From an uncultured delta proteobacterium (GTDB taxonomy: Bacteria; Desulfobacterota; BSN033; UBA1163): a stretch of 64,000 nt of DNA. Positions 35,527 to 46,531 of the stretch are shown one piece after another. The stretch lies in contig CAVPSJ010000012.1 of the NCBI GenBank assembly GCA_963708295.1, positions 192,001-256,000 of the forward strand, read 5' to 3'. Below the pieces are notes generated by a model. The model was not told where the DNA came from and made no database searches. It saw nothing but the letters and a program-made list of their open reading frames with translations. Position numbers and translations under genes: made by a program. Numbering within the stretch: the stretch's first letter is position 1; every line of letters starts with the position of its first letter.

Positions 35527-37318
35527 TCAAAACATCATTCCCAGCTCCATCAAAAAATGTTCTACGATCGGGCCAAGGGAAAGCATCGGGAAAAAAGTGA
35601 GCGCGCCAACGATCAGTATGACACCGATCAGCAACACCACAAACAGGGGTGTATGAACTGGGAACGTGCCCGCTGAAGGGGGAACGATCTTTTTGGTCGC
35701 CAGATTGCCCGCAATGGCCATCATCGGAATGATCATCAGAAATCGCCCGACCAGCATTGCGAGTCCTATCGTGATGTTATACCAGAGGGTGTTTGCATTG
35801 AGCCCTGCAAAAGCCGACCCATTATTGCCTGTGCCCGAGACGAAGGCGTAAACGATTTCCGAGAGCCCATGAGGTCCAGCGTTGTTCACTTTCGATGCCC
35901 CGTAGCCCGCAACGCTTGACCAGGCAGAAAAACCGAGAATCGAAAATGCAAAGACAAGCACGTAGAGCATGGCCATCTTGACATCTTTCGCTTCGATCTT
36001 TTTGCCCAGGTACTCTGGAGTCCGTCCGACCATCAACCCCGCAATAAAGACCGTTAGCACAATCATCACCAACATTCCGTACATTCCCGCGCCCACACCG
36101 CCAAAAATAATCTCGCCAAGCATGATGTTCAGGAGCGGTATCATCCCACCCAACGGGGTAAATGAATCGTGCATCGAGTTTACCGCACCGCACGAGGCGT
36201 CGGTCGTGATGGTTGCAAAAAGCGCTGAATTCACGATGCCGAAGCGAACCTCTTTCCCTTCCATGTTGCCACCGGCCTGCTGTCCGCCATCCGCTTCGCT
36301 TGCCGCTTGCGTCACTCCGTGTTGGTTAAAAATCGGATTGCCGCGGGCTTCGAAGTAATAGGCGGTGAAAAAACCCGCCAGGAAAAGGATCGCCATGGCA
36401 GAAAAGACTGCCCAGCCATGCTTCTGATTGCCGGTCATCCGGCCAAGCGTATACGTTAAACCCGATGAAATGGCGAAGATGGCGATCAGCTCCAAGAAAT
36501 TCGAAAACGGTGTCGGGTTCTCAAAGGGGTGGGCTGAGTTGGCATTGAAGAAACCGCCACCATTCGTCCCTAATTCCTTGATGATCTCTTGTGATGCAAC
36601 AGGGCCTTGAGCGATGGTCTGAACCGTCACGGTTTCAACAGTCTTTTGGCCACGATCATCTGTCTTTTCCACTTGCTGCGGCTCGACGAGTGTGGCTTTG
36701 TGTGTACGGGCTGAAGTTCTGGACCACTCCTTGAGAGACCAGCAGAAGTGCCCCGATAATACAAAACGGAAGCAACACATAAAGCGTTGTGCGGGTGAGA
36801 TCAACCCAGAAATTACCAAGGGTCTTTGCTTCACGCCGTGCAATGCCCCGAATGAAAGCGATTGCAAGCACAATTCCGGTGGCTGCGGAAACGAAATTAT
36901 GGAAGGCCAGCCCTGCCATTTGAACCAGGTAGCTCATCGTGGATTCACCCGAGTAGGCCTGCCAATTCGTATTGGTAGTGAAACTCGAGGCCGTGTTGAA
37001 CGCCAGATCCGGCGCCACGCCAGAGAACCCTTGGGGATTGAGCGGCAGATAGTATTGAAGCCGTTGAAGCCCATAAAGGACAAGCAAGCCTACCAGGCTG
37101 AACATCAGCATGGCCGCAGTATAAGTTGTCCAGTGTTGCTCCTCGTGCTCATCGATGCGGCATATGCGATAAATCAATCGCTCTAAAGGACCGAGCACCC
37201 TACCCAGGAACGTCTTTTCTCCAGAAAATATCCTGGTCATGTAGATCCCAAGCGGCTTGGTCAGGGCAAGCAAAACCAGAAAGTAAATCCCGAGCTGCAA
37301 AAATCCGTTAAGGGTCAT
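35527..37318 (-). CDS. kdpA: K+-transporting ATPase subunit A (frameshift ~36700)
   Basis: [36 protein letters not shown]. Confidence 0.96.
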
Positions 37319-37343
37319 CTTGTGTTCCCTCCAGGGGACTGAT

Positions 37344-37433
37344 TCAAAACTTCTCAGGTCTGAGCAGGGCATATGTCAGATAGACAAGCAGCCCAAGACC
37401 AATGATCCCGCTGATGATATATTCCCAATTCAC
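37344..37433 (-). CDS. kdpF: KdpF peptide (not in ORF track)
   Basis: GTG start; MNWEYIISGIIGLGLLVYLTYALLRPEKF with the hallmark YL.YALLRPEKF. Confidence 0.9.
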   Translation of the reverse strand: MNWEYIISGIIGLGLLVYLTYALLRPEKF

Positions 37434-37446
37434 GTTCTACCCCCTG

Positions 37447-37530
37447 TCACAATCGATCACAGACGCGGACATACCAGAATGACAATCCAAAAAAAACCAA
37501 AACCAATACGAAAAAAATGAGGTCAAACAT
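37447..37530 (-). CDS. Second small hydrophobic peptide upstream of kdpF
   Basis: MFDLIFFVLVLVFFGLSFWYVRVCDRL, 27 aa, GAGG RBS. Confidence 0.7.
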   Translation of the reverse strand: MFDLIFFVLVLVFFGLSFWYVRVCDRL

Positions 37531-37579
37531 TTCAATACCCTCTCAATTATTGAAACTCGATTGATTGGTCTCCTGAAAT

Positions 37580-38457
37580 CTAAAAACTGTAAAGAAACCT
37601 CAACCAAGTTTGAAAGCCCTTGGGTCCGTTTTCCGACATGATATCTGGAACAAATCGAAAATGGACGGCCCATTTTTCAGTGCCATAGGTGATGCTGGGG
37701 CCAATCGAAAAGAATTTTCTTTTGCTATCATCGACCCTTGTTCCGTCGACTTTTGTATCTCTGACATCCTCCCAATAGTCCGCGTAGACCCCAGCCCTCC
37801 ATTTATCGGTGATTCCATACCCAAGAATTCCTTCTATCTCAAGGGAGTCCCCCGCCCGAATATCCAGACGAGGTTCTTTGAATCGCTGAAAATAGTTGAT
37901 GTTCATGTCGTAACTAACCTTACCTTTCCAGAGAAGTTGGGCAAAGGACAATTGGTGTTCGAAGATACCAATAATGAAGTCCTAAGTTAGGTCCTCCTTG
38001 AAGGGCACGGCCTTCAGACCAATTTCCTGTTGGCATACTGACGACTTCCCAGAAAGAGAGGAAGGTTCCCGTCTGATTGTTCTCGTATAAGATAAATCCC
38101 TGGACTGACGGTGATATCACCAAGCCCGCTGCTTCTCTCTTTTTCGCCCAGGCTATTCCTTGAACTGACTGTTCCAAAAGGGATGGAGGCATTGACAGAG
38201 AATGTTCTATCCCAGAGTTTGAAGTAATAGGCTGGTTTTAATGTTCCTACGTTGTAGGAAAGATCCAGATCTGAGACCTTTTTGCCGGTGTGATCGGTCA
38301 ATCGGCCTGCAGTATAATTGTTGTAATACAGGTACCCGTAGAACCCGGGAGGATTCGCCACGTTGTCCTGAAAGTCGAGTACGGTCGCCTGAACCGGAAA
38401 CACAAAGCAAAAGACCAAAAAAATCATTATTGAGTAAATCCATTCTTCTCTTTTCAT
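37580..38457 (-). CDS. Outer-membrane beta-barrel, SphA/phenol-MetA-deg-like (frameshifts)
   Basis: Signal peptide, PPGFYGYLY, SSGLGDI, alternating beta strands, C-terminal YSF. Confidence 0.7.
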
Positions 38458-38745
38458 TCTTCTCTCTTGAAAAATGTTTCGTTTGATCCGACCATAAGAT
38501 TCGCAGATACCTGGATAGGGCTATTTATGAAGCCTCGTCCGGTCGCACTCCGCTGTACCTGTCGTGCTTATCTCGGGAGCATCAGGTCCTTTCACCTTTA
38601 CCTTCCTGTCAATGAAATATAGCCGTCTTAAATACATTATATGCTTCCGTTCTCAGTCGGGTCAACTTTTCGACTCACCATCAATACTTCAGACTCTGAA
38701 TTCTTGTTTTCCCCCATCACCCTATTTTTCTCGTGTAGTCCCGAA

Positions 38746-39290
38746 TCATTCCCATCCCCTTTTTACCACATACACCTCAATCCAGGGTTCTTTATTGTAT
38801 GCACTGTTTACGATTCCATAAACGGTAATCAAGATCATTTACACCTAAGTGATAAGCACCTTGCTCCTTAGCTTCCTTTTTACTTATGAATAAATGATCA
38901 AACAGAGGCTCCTCTATTTCTTTCCCACTCTGGGCGATGAATCCAACGTAGTAGGTGGAAAGAAATTTGGGACCATTCGTGTCATTCAGGAATTTATTTT
39001 CAAAACCGCCAAACCTGCAATGTAATTTTATTTGCTGCCCCACAAAATCATTGGGTGATGCCTTCAATTTCCTCGCCAGGACAAGAAGCTCCCCCTTCAT
39101 TTCAGGCTTTGAGGTTACTGCGGGTTTCGTCTGACTTTCAAACGATGCTATCTTCTCCTTCAAGACCCTGTTTTCTTCTTGAAGCTTAGCAAGGTCTTTA
39201 TTCTCTTTGGCACATCCGTATACAAGGCTCATAGCCAATATTAGGGCAATGACTGCAGTAAGAAGGGTCACAGCTCGCCCACGTGCCGGA
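38746..39290 (-). CDS. Putative lipoprotein with coiled coil (5' end abuts a repeat; 3' frameshift)
   Basis: Lipobox-like LVYGC, LAKLQEENRVLKEKI. Confidence 0.55.
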
Positions 39291-39299
39291 AAGCCGGTG

Positions 39300-39437
39300 T
39301 AGCGGGTCCAGCGCTTCTTTACATTAGTTCCGAAGTCGTCATCCCCGAGAAAGCGGGGATCCAGCCCAAGAATACTGGATTCCGCGTCAAGCCCGGAACG
39401 ACATTTAAAGTAACGGGACTTTTGACGCAGTGCGCTA
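39300..39437. mobile_element. Small repeat element with nested gtcatcccc..ggggatccag palindromes
   Basis: TAGCG..CGCTA ends; internal gtcatccccgagaaagcggggatccag..ctggattcc; related repeat at ~41243-41344. Confidence 0.55.
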
Positions 39438-39464
39438 GCCAGCGGTTTCTTAAGCTTAAACACA

Positions 39465-41169
39465 TCAGGACAATTTTGAAGGGCTGAATTCATTGGCCGC
39501 CTCCCAATCAAAAATCACCTTCATCGCTTCTTGAGGAGTCCGGACGGACCTAAGACTCTGAAGAAGATGCCTGTTTTGACCTGCCCGGCTGGCAAGACCT
39601 AAAATCTGAATTTGAGTATCAGGAGTCCGGGCCGGGGAAAGAATCAGAAAGACAAGTTCAATAGGTTTTTCCGTGGATATATCGGAGACCCCTTGTTTTG
39701 TTAAACCAATGGCAATGACTGGAGTGGTCAGGCCATCGGACCGAACATGAGGAAAAGCCACCCCTTCGTTGAAAAAGGTCGAGCCCTGTTCCTCCCTCTT
39801 CATGATGGACTTGAATAATGCCTCAACATCTTCTATCCCGTCACCTTTCCCGATCGCCTCCGCCAATGTTCGAAGAACAATTTCTTTTCGGACAGGTTGA
39901 TCCCAGATGACAACACGTCGAGGCGTCAACAGTCGACTCAGCCTCAGCCGATCCGGGGCCTGAGCCGCAGTTTGAGAAGGCGTGATGGTGGGGGCTCTTT
40001 CCTCTGAAACCTCCAAAGAAGGCCTCCAGGTGAGGGGTTTTTCTTCACGGGTGTCGAGTACGATGACGGTAACCCCCTCGGCATTCTCAACAAGATTCCT
40101 AACAATATCTTTATTCTTTCCAAACCTCTTATAGAATGGTTTCGGGGTTGATCTTCCAATGACGATATGACCCACACGATATTCCTTCGCAAACCTGAGG
40201 AGAGTATCCGCAACATCCTCTCCTTTGTAAGTGAAAACCATTGCGCCCAGTTGTTTGGCCAGAGTCAACGTATTAGAGATGAAACGTTGGGTTTGGGCAT
40301 CGATGACTGTAGCTTCCTCGGAAGGAGTTTGAACATAGACAGCATACCAGTTCCGGTTGAGCTTCCCTGCCAGGCGCGAAGCATAGCGTAACAGGTTCTC
40401 ACTGTTTGGGCCCCGCGAACTCAGGCAGACCATCACCTGGTCCGGAGTGGTCCTATTCTCTTCCTCAGAATCTTCACGCCTTCTTAAATCGATCTGTGAA
40501 GCAAGTTCACGGAGAGTGAGCTCACGAAGCTTCTCCAAATTCGAGATCTTAAAGAAATTGATTAAAGCCGTCTCGATCCGTTCCTTTGGATAAATTTTGC
40601 CTTCTGTCAGACGTTTCTGTAGATCTTCCGTGCTCACGTCCACATCAACGATCTGGTCCGCCTCAGCAAGAACGGAATCAGGAAGACGCTCTCGCACCTT
40701 CACCCCGACCGCGTTCTCAACAGTGTTGTAAAGGCTCTCGAGATGCTGAACGTTCATCGTAGTGATGACATGTATGCCTGCTGCAAGAATGTCCTGGACA
40801 TCCTGGTATCTTTTCGGGTTCCGACTCCCCGGAACATTCGTATGGGCAAGTTCGTCAATGAGAGCGACCTGGGGTTTGGGGGCTAAGATTGCATCCATGT
40901 CCATTTCTTCCACAGTCACACCGTGATACTCCTGCTGGCGTCTTGGGATAGCTTTCAGTCCCTCGGCAAGTTTTGCGATATCGGCACGGCCATGCGTTTC
41001 GAGTAGCCCGATCACCACGTCTATCCCTTCGTCCTTAATTCGATGACCTTCCTGAAGCATCTGATAAGTTTTCCCTACCCCTGCGCAGTAGCCGAGGTAA
41101 ACTTTCAGCCTTCCGCGCTGACTGCGGCGGATCATCCTGAGAAAAGTATTAGCCTTGATCTTCAGCCAT
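39465..41169 (-). CDS. Cytoplasmic KdpD-N + USP + PTS EIIA (Ntr/Fru type) fusion
   Basis: GYCAGVGKTY, IDELAHTNVPG, TTMNVQHLESL; USP; KREEQGST..GVAFPHVR; no TM or HisKA. Continuous ORF 39465-41135; likely true start 41169. Confidence 0.9.
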
Positions 41170-41385
41170 GGCTACCCAATGATCTCAATTGTAATCCCCC
41201 TCCTTCAGACAGGAGGGGCATTAAATTATTTACTGACCAGTTTGTCATTCCGGGTCGTGACCCGCAAATCCAGTAAATTTCCCTTGGATCCCCCTGTTTC
41301 TAAGGGGGCTATACCCCGTACTTTGGCACCGGGAGGAAATGACGCTGATTGTCGCCATTGATGTCGCTGTGTATATCTCAAATCA

Positions 41386-43236
41386 TCATTGAAAGATTCT
41401 CTCCTCCTTCGAAATCCGGTCAGCTCTTCTGAGAGTAAAGGTGAAGGTGGATCCCTTTTCCCTCACTGCTTTCGACGCCGACCGTTCCGCCATGAGCCTC
41501 CACAATCTCCTTAACGATGGCAAGGCCAAGCCCTGCTCCTGTTTCTGTTCCCTGTTCAGGGACACGGAAGAATTGCTCAAAGATCCTTGGGAGATACTTA
41601 CCGGGAATACCCCGACCGGTATCTGAGATGAAGAACTGAACCCGTTCTTCATCAGCCTTCGCAGAAAAGGCGATTTTGCCTCCAGGAGGCGTGTACTTGA
41701 GCGCATTCGAGAGCAGGTTGGAGATGACATGGTTCATCCGGGCCAGGTCGGCCCAAACTTCAGGCAAATCACCCGGCAGCTCAACGCTCAAAGTCACTCC
41801 CTGGTCCTGGGCAGCCCTCTGAAAGGGCTCCAAGGCTTCTGAAACCATTGAATGAGGAGAGACAGACCGAAATTCCATCGGAACCCTCCCGGATTCGATC
41901 CGACTGATATCCAGGAGGTTATTGAGGATGCCGTGCAGCCGGTCGCTGTCCTCTCTGGCTGCTACCAGAAGCTCTGCCTGTTTCTCAGTGAGCGTTCCTA
42001 CCTTCTCTTCCAGCAGCAGGTGGATCGCCATGCGAATGGAGGTAAGGGGAGTTTTCAGTTGATGGGAGACGGTTGAGATGACTCCCCTTTTCATCTCGTC
42101 CTGCTGTCGGAGCTGTGTGACATCCTGAAGCACAAGGATGACCCCGGTGGGCTGCCTGTCATCGTCTAAGATAGGGATTGCCTCAGGGCGATAATATCGC
42201 TCCTCTCCTCTCACAAACTGTTGAATCACTCTTTGCTGCTCCTTTTGCTGCACGCCACGGCCCTTGCTGAGAGCGTCGTTGTACAGATCAACCATCCATC
42301 CAAAAGGCGAAGCAAAAACGGAGGCGTTGGGCCTTAGCCCAAAGATGTCTCTGGCCATCTCCGTTGCCACTTCCACCTTCCCTTCAAGGTCGATCACCGC
42401 AACGGCATCGAGGAGGCTGTCGAATGCCCGCTGGGTTGCGCGTTGAATCCGAACGAGTTTGGCCTGATCGGACCGGCGAAATTCCCGAAGGCTTGCCGTC
42501 ATTGCATTGAAGGCTTCGGAAAGGTGTCCCACTTCATCCCGGGATTCGCTCTGCACGACAAGGTCAAGATTTCCCCGCTTGATCTCATCTGCTGATTGAA
42601 TAAGGTGATTGATCGGACGAAGAATCCACCTGCCGGTGAAGAAAATAAATCCGACGGCGACAATCGATACCGAACAATAAGAAGAATATACATCTGATTT
42701 CGAGCTGCGGCTGCGCTATTTCGGGCCAGATCGTTTGCATCACTCATATTCTGTTGATTCATCCGGAGGATTTCGCTTGCCGTGTCCTTGATCTGTAGGA
42801 ATAACGGGAAAAGGTCCGTAAAATAGGCGTTGCGCCTGAGGGTAATCGGTGTCTTCGAATCCTCTACCCTCTTAAGTATTGTTTTGTATTGGCTAAAAAG
42901 ATCCTGAAGATGAGATGCCCTTTCCCCTTCTCCGGGAAGCGTGATGTTATTCAACTCAACTCCAAGTGCCATCTCAAAAGCCAGTTCGTTCTTGCGGATG
43001 AGTTCGTCCCCTTTCTGGGTATATCCCAGAAGTTCAAAAAGTATTCCGCTGTCCATCCGCTCCAGGGCTTCTTTCATTTGTTGACATGCAATGACACTCC
43101 GGTAGTTCTCACGGAGAATCACATCGATCGATTCTCCCAGTTTGGTCAGATGGACGATGCTTTGGATGCCTATGATTAAGATGATGAGCAACAATCCACC
43201 GAACCCAAGAGACAATTTCTGCCGAAGCCCCAGCAT
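41386..43236 (-). CDS. Sensor histidine kinase 2: TM-4HB-TM-HAMP-PAS-HisKA-HATPase (frameshifts)
   Basis: ILRENYRSVIA, VSHQLKTPLTS, NLLSNALKY, GAGLGL; paralogous to kinase 1. Confidence 0.9.
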
Positions 43237-43265
43237 ATGTTTCACTCCTTTCGTCCAATCTATAT

Positions 43266-43281
43266 AGCAAACTCCATGCCT
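43266..43281 (-). promoter_or_regulatory. Sigma54 -24/-12 promoter
   Basis: AGGCATGGAGTTTGCT = GG-N10-GC, 30 nt upstream of the kinase 2 ATG. Confidence 0.7.
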
Positions 43282-43414
43282 TAAAGATCTCCACATGACA
43301 TTCCATCTATTTGAAGCGCGTCCGAACCCATTACCCGAATAATAACGGACGGTTTCCTTATTCTCTTCGTTCGGTGTTATTGGTGCTGTTTGAAACTATT
43401 TTTCGACAGTGGGG

Positions 43415-43459
43415 TTGCAAGTTGCAAGAAAGCAAAAAAAGAAGCTTGAAAGTTGCAAG
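43415..43459. promoter_or_regulatory. Putative enhancer for a sigma54 activator
   Basis: TTGCAAGTTGCAAG (43415) and TTGAAAGTTGCAAG (43446), 31 bp apart, ~135-180 bp upstream of the promoter. Confidence 0.55.
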
Positions 43460-43837
43460 TCATGAGAAAGGGGATTAGCGATTACAGGCCTTCAAAGGAG
43501 AATGAAAAGGGGATTGCTCATGCAGAACGTACCCAGATATTTTCAAACGTAATGAAGGTTCTATCACCGGTAATTAGGTATTGATATCAAGAGATGAGCA
43601 GAACCACGGGGATTATAGAGGATCAGTTATACTCCACGGCAAAGGATCCTAATGAATTCTTGGTTTCACGTCTACACTATTGATACTCATGAGCGAACCT
43701 TCGGCGCAATGCAGAATGGCCAAAGGTGAAGATCAAATATACCAAGACACCAAATTAGTCAACCCCTGACCCCATCTTCCAGGATGTTTTACCTCAAAGA
43801 TAGAGATAGCCACTTAACCTTTTGGTCTACCTGAAAA

Positions 43838-44869
43838 GTGTGTGTTACGATTCAAAAGAAGTTTTGTTCCCAAAGATCGATCGCCTGGAGGAATGGAATG
43901 CGTTACAGCTATTCAGAAGTTTGGATTCTTGTCTCCACAATCCATTGGGTTATCCCCCTTATCCTCATCGTGTGGACATGGCGGAAGAATTACACCGGTT
44001 GGATGAGCTGGATCATGCAGGTAGTGCTTCTCGCTTCTTACACAGCGTTTGTCTTTCTCATGGGGACCTGGATGTTCGCCAGTTTCTATGTCCGGTATAT
44101 GATCGTGGCCTTTTCGATAGCCGCGGCAATCCGATCGTTATTAAAGATAAGACGTTTGCAGTCCCCCGTTCAACCCCGTTTTTGGACTTGGATCGGCTAC
44201 GGAGCGAAGCTACTCGTTTCAATCATACTGGCCTATCTCATGGTGGGCGCCGTTCGGTCCCATTTCTACGATGAAGAACCGGTGAGCCTCTCATTTCCCT
44301 TTAGGAACGGTGTCTATGCGGTATTCGAGGGGGGGAATGGCAGGGCAAGTTCCCTCATGAACTATCATTACGGCTCATCCATGCACAAGGGTGCCAGTGT
44401 AAACCGTTCGATGAAATACGCCGTCGATGTGACGAAGCTCAGCATGTGGGGAAACGATGCGAATGGAATACTCCCGAGGGATAACGCGAAATATGCCATT
44501 TTCAATGAGGTCCTCTACAGCCCCTGTGATGGCGAGATCTTTGATGTGGTCGACAAATGGGACGACAATGTGCCGTTTGGCGACAAGGCTCCCTACAACG
44601 ATGGGAACCATGTCGTCATCAAGACAAGTAACTTCTATGTATTGATGGGCCATTTGCAGAAGGGGAGCATAACGGTCAAAGTGGGGGACCGGGTCAAGCA
44701 GGGACAACCCATCGCCAAAGCCGGCAATTCCGGATGGACACTCCAACCGCATACGCACATTCAGGCCATGAAGCTATCGCCAGGTTCGTTTTGGGCAGCA
44801 GAAGGTCTTCCGATTTATTTTGACGGAAAGAATGCGGTGAAGAATACTCTTTTCTTTAAGTCAAAATGA
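43838..44869 (+). CDS. Membrane-bound M23-family peptidase
   Basis: N-terminal TMs; YAVD, GNHVVI, HLQKGS, GNSG..PHTH. Confidence 0.85.
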   Translation: MCVTIQKKFCSQRSIAWRNGMRYSYSEVWILVSTIHWVIPLILIVWTWRKNYTGWMSWIMQVVLLASYTAFVFLMGTWMFASFYVRYMIVAFSIAAAIRSLLKIRRLQSPVQPRFWTWIGYGAKLLVSIILAYLMVGAVRSHFYDEEPVSLSFPFRNGVYAVFEGGNGRASSLMNYHYGSSMHKGASVNRSMKYAVDVTKLSMWGNDANGILPRDNAKYAIFNEVLYSPCDGEIFDVVDKWDDNVPFGDKAPYNDGNHVVIKTSNFYVLMGHLQKGSITVKVGDRVKQGQPIAKAGNSGWTLQPHTHIQAMKLSPGSFWAAEGLPIYFDGKNAVKNTLFFKSK

Positions 44870-44950
44870 GGACCGAGCAGAAGTTTGAAAAAATGTGGAC
44901 CCCTTCCTGACCGCATTCCAAAATTTTGGAAAAAGGTGTATATTGAGTGA

Positions 44951-45105
44951 ACTCCGTTAGAAAGCCTTCTGATTTCTAACGGGAAGCTCACACGGGGTCT
45001 TAATCCTGATGTCCGCCCCGTTTAGAGATAAGTCTCTAACGAGGTCCGCTGAAAATGGAATGGTTTTCATCCTCGTCCAAAACCGCGGGGTTTTCCAACG
45101 GGGTA
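44951..45105. repeat. CCGTTAGAAA/TTTCTAACGG palindromic repeat cluster
   Basis: Three related hairpin units; partial copy at ~62802. Confidence 0.6.
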
Positions 45106-45131
45106 AGTGGAACGAAACTTAAAACGGAGGT

Positions 45132-45575
45132 ATGGATATGGCATTTTTGGAATGGGATCCGAGGTTCAGCGTAAGGATCGCTGAAATTGATCAACAACAC
45201 AAAAAATTGATTGGTCTGATCAATCGCCTGCATGAATCCATGCGACAGGCCGGCGACCGGGATGCGTTGGAAACTGCGATACAAGAATTGAATGCCCAGG
45301 CGACCGTGATCAACGAAATGGTTGAATACTCATCGTATCACTTTTCCACTGAGGAGAAGTACATGCGCCAGTACGTGTATCCTGATTATGAAAAACATAA
45401 GAAGGAACACGAATACTTCAGTAACAAAGTCCGAACATTGAAAAGTGATTTCGATGGCGGGCAAGCCATCCTATCCAGCCAAATCATGGAATTTCTCAAA
45501 AAATGGTTAAGCGAGCACATACTCGGTATGGACAAGAAATACGAGCCCTTCTTTCAAATGAAAGGGCTAAAATAA
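45132..45575 (+). CDS. Bacteriohemerythrin
   Basis: IDQQHKKL, HFSTEEKYM, HKKEH, WLSEHI..MDKKY. Confidence 0.93.
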   Translation: MDMAFLEWDPRFSVRIAEIDQQHKKLIGLINRLHESMRQAGDRDALETAIQELNAQATVINEMVEYSSYHFSTEEKYMRQYVYPDYEKHKKEHEYFSNKVRTLKSDFDGGQAILSSQIMEFLKKWLSEHILGMDKKYEPFFQMKGLK

Positions 45576-45757
45576 ACATCACCCAGACCTTCGACCATCA
45601 TGGCAAGACTGTAGACGACACCGAAATTCTTTGGTATAATGAAATCTAAACAAACAACAAGCTTTTGTTGCAAGCAGGCTGCAATGCCTTAGGCTTTATA
45701 GAACTCAGACGAGGGATCATTTGATTAAGAAGGTTGGTTAGGCATGAAGGAGGATGG

Positions 45758-45874
45758 ATGCAAAAGAGACCAGCAAAAACGAAAAGAATAGTTAAGGCCC
45801 TCGCGAAACGGAGTACTATTGGAAAAGCGCGAATCAGAAGGGCAGTGAGGATCGTACTAAAAAAAGCAGCATAG
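45758..45874 (+). CDS. 38-aa highly basic peptide (not in ORF track)
   Basis: MQKRPAKTKRIVKALAKRSTIGKARIRRAVRIVLKKAA; AAGGAGG RBS; 15 bp before the next gene. Confidence 0.6.
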   Translation: MQKRPAKTKRIVKALAKRSTIGKARIRRAVRIVLKKAA

Positions 45875-45889
45875 AAGTTAGGCAAGATT

Positions 45890-46507
45890 ATGCCTGCACG
45901 TTATGAAGACAATGTTTTCATAAATTGCCCCTTTGATGATGAATACAAACCCATATTTGACGCTGTGATCTTCGCGGTCCACGATGCCGGTTTTATAGCA
46001 AGATGTGCTCTTGAAATCAGTGACGCAGCTCAAAATCGATTTGAGAAGATCGTCGATACCATTTCCGAATGTAAATATGGTATCCATGACATCTCGCGAA
46101 CCGAACTTGACCCTGTAAATTCCCTTCCTCGATTTAACATGCCCCTTGAGCTCGGGATTTTCCTTGGATGCAATAAATTTGGTGGTGCGAAGGATCGCAT
46201 GAAAATGTGCATGATCCTGGATAAAGAACCATACAGGTATCAAAAGTTTATCTCTGATATAGCCGGTCAGGACATATTTGCCCATGGCCATGATCCCAAG
46301 AAAGCTATTGAAAAAGTTAGAAATTGGCTCCGGATCGCTTCCAGACGTAACAACATACCTGGCGGCGCCAAGATCTATGAACGTTACACTCGATTTGAGA
46401 AAGACCTTCCGGATATATGCAGAGTATTAAATATCCAGATCGAAGAACTAACGTTCGTGGATTTCACTCACGTCATAACTGAATGGCTCAAGGTTCATGC
46501 GATTTAA
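45890..46507 (+). CDS. Hypothetical protein with nucleoside-deoxyribosyltransferase/TIR-like fold
   Basis: VFINCPFD, GIHDISR, RFNMPLELG, SDIAG pattern (family assignment is inference). Confidence 0.6.
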   Translation: MPARYEDNVFINCPFDDEYKPIFDAVIFAVHDAGFIARCALEISDAAQNRFEKIVDTISECKYGIHDISRTELDPVNSLPRFNMPLELGIFLGCNKFGGAKDRMKMCMILDKEPYRYQKFISDIAGQDIFAHGHDPKKAIEKVRNWLRIASRRNNIPGGAKIYERYTRFEKDLPDICRVLNIQIEELTFVDFTHVITEWLKVHAI

Positions 46508-46531
46508 GCAGGCGGACGCAGGGTCGTTTTT

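Noticed and set aside
38792-39511. 239-aa ORF as annotated
   Set aside because: The first ~70 codons read through the repeat at 39300-39437 and overlap the KdpD-EIIA 3' end; only the lipoprotein part looks coding
43320-43382. attC-like imperfect inverted repeat (ccgaac..gttcgg)
   Set aside because: Single degenerate instance, no integron integrase and no equivalent sites after the other cargo genes
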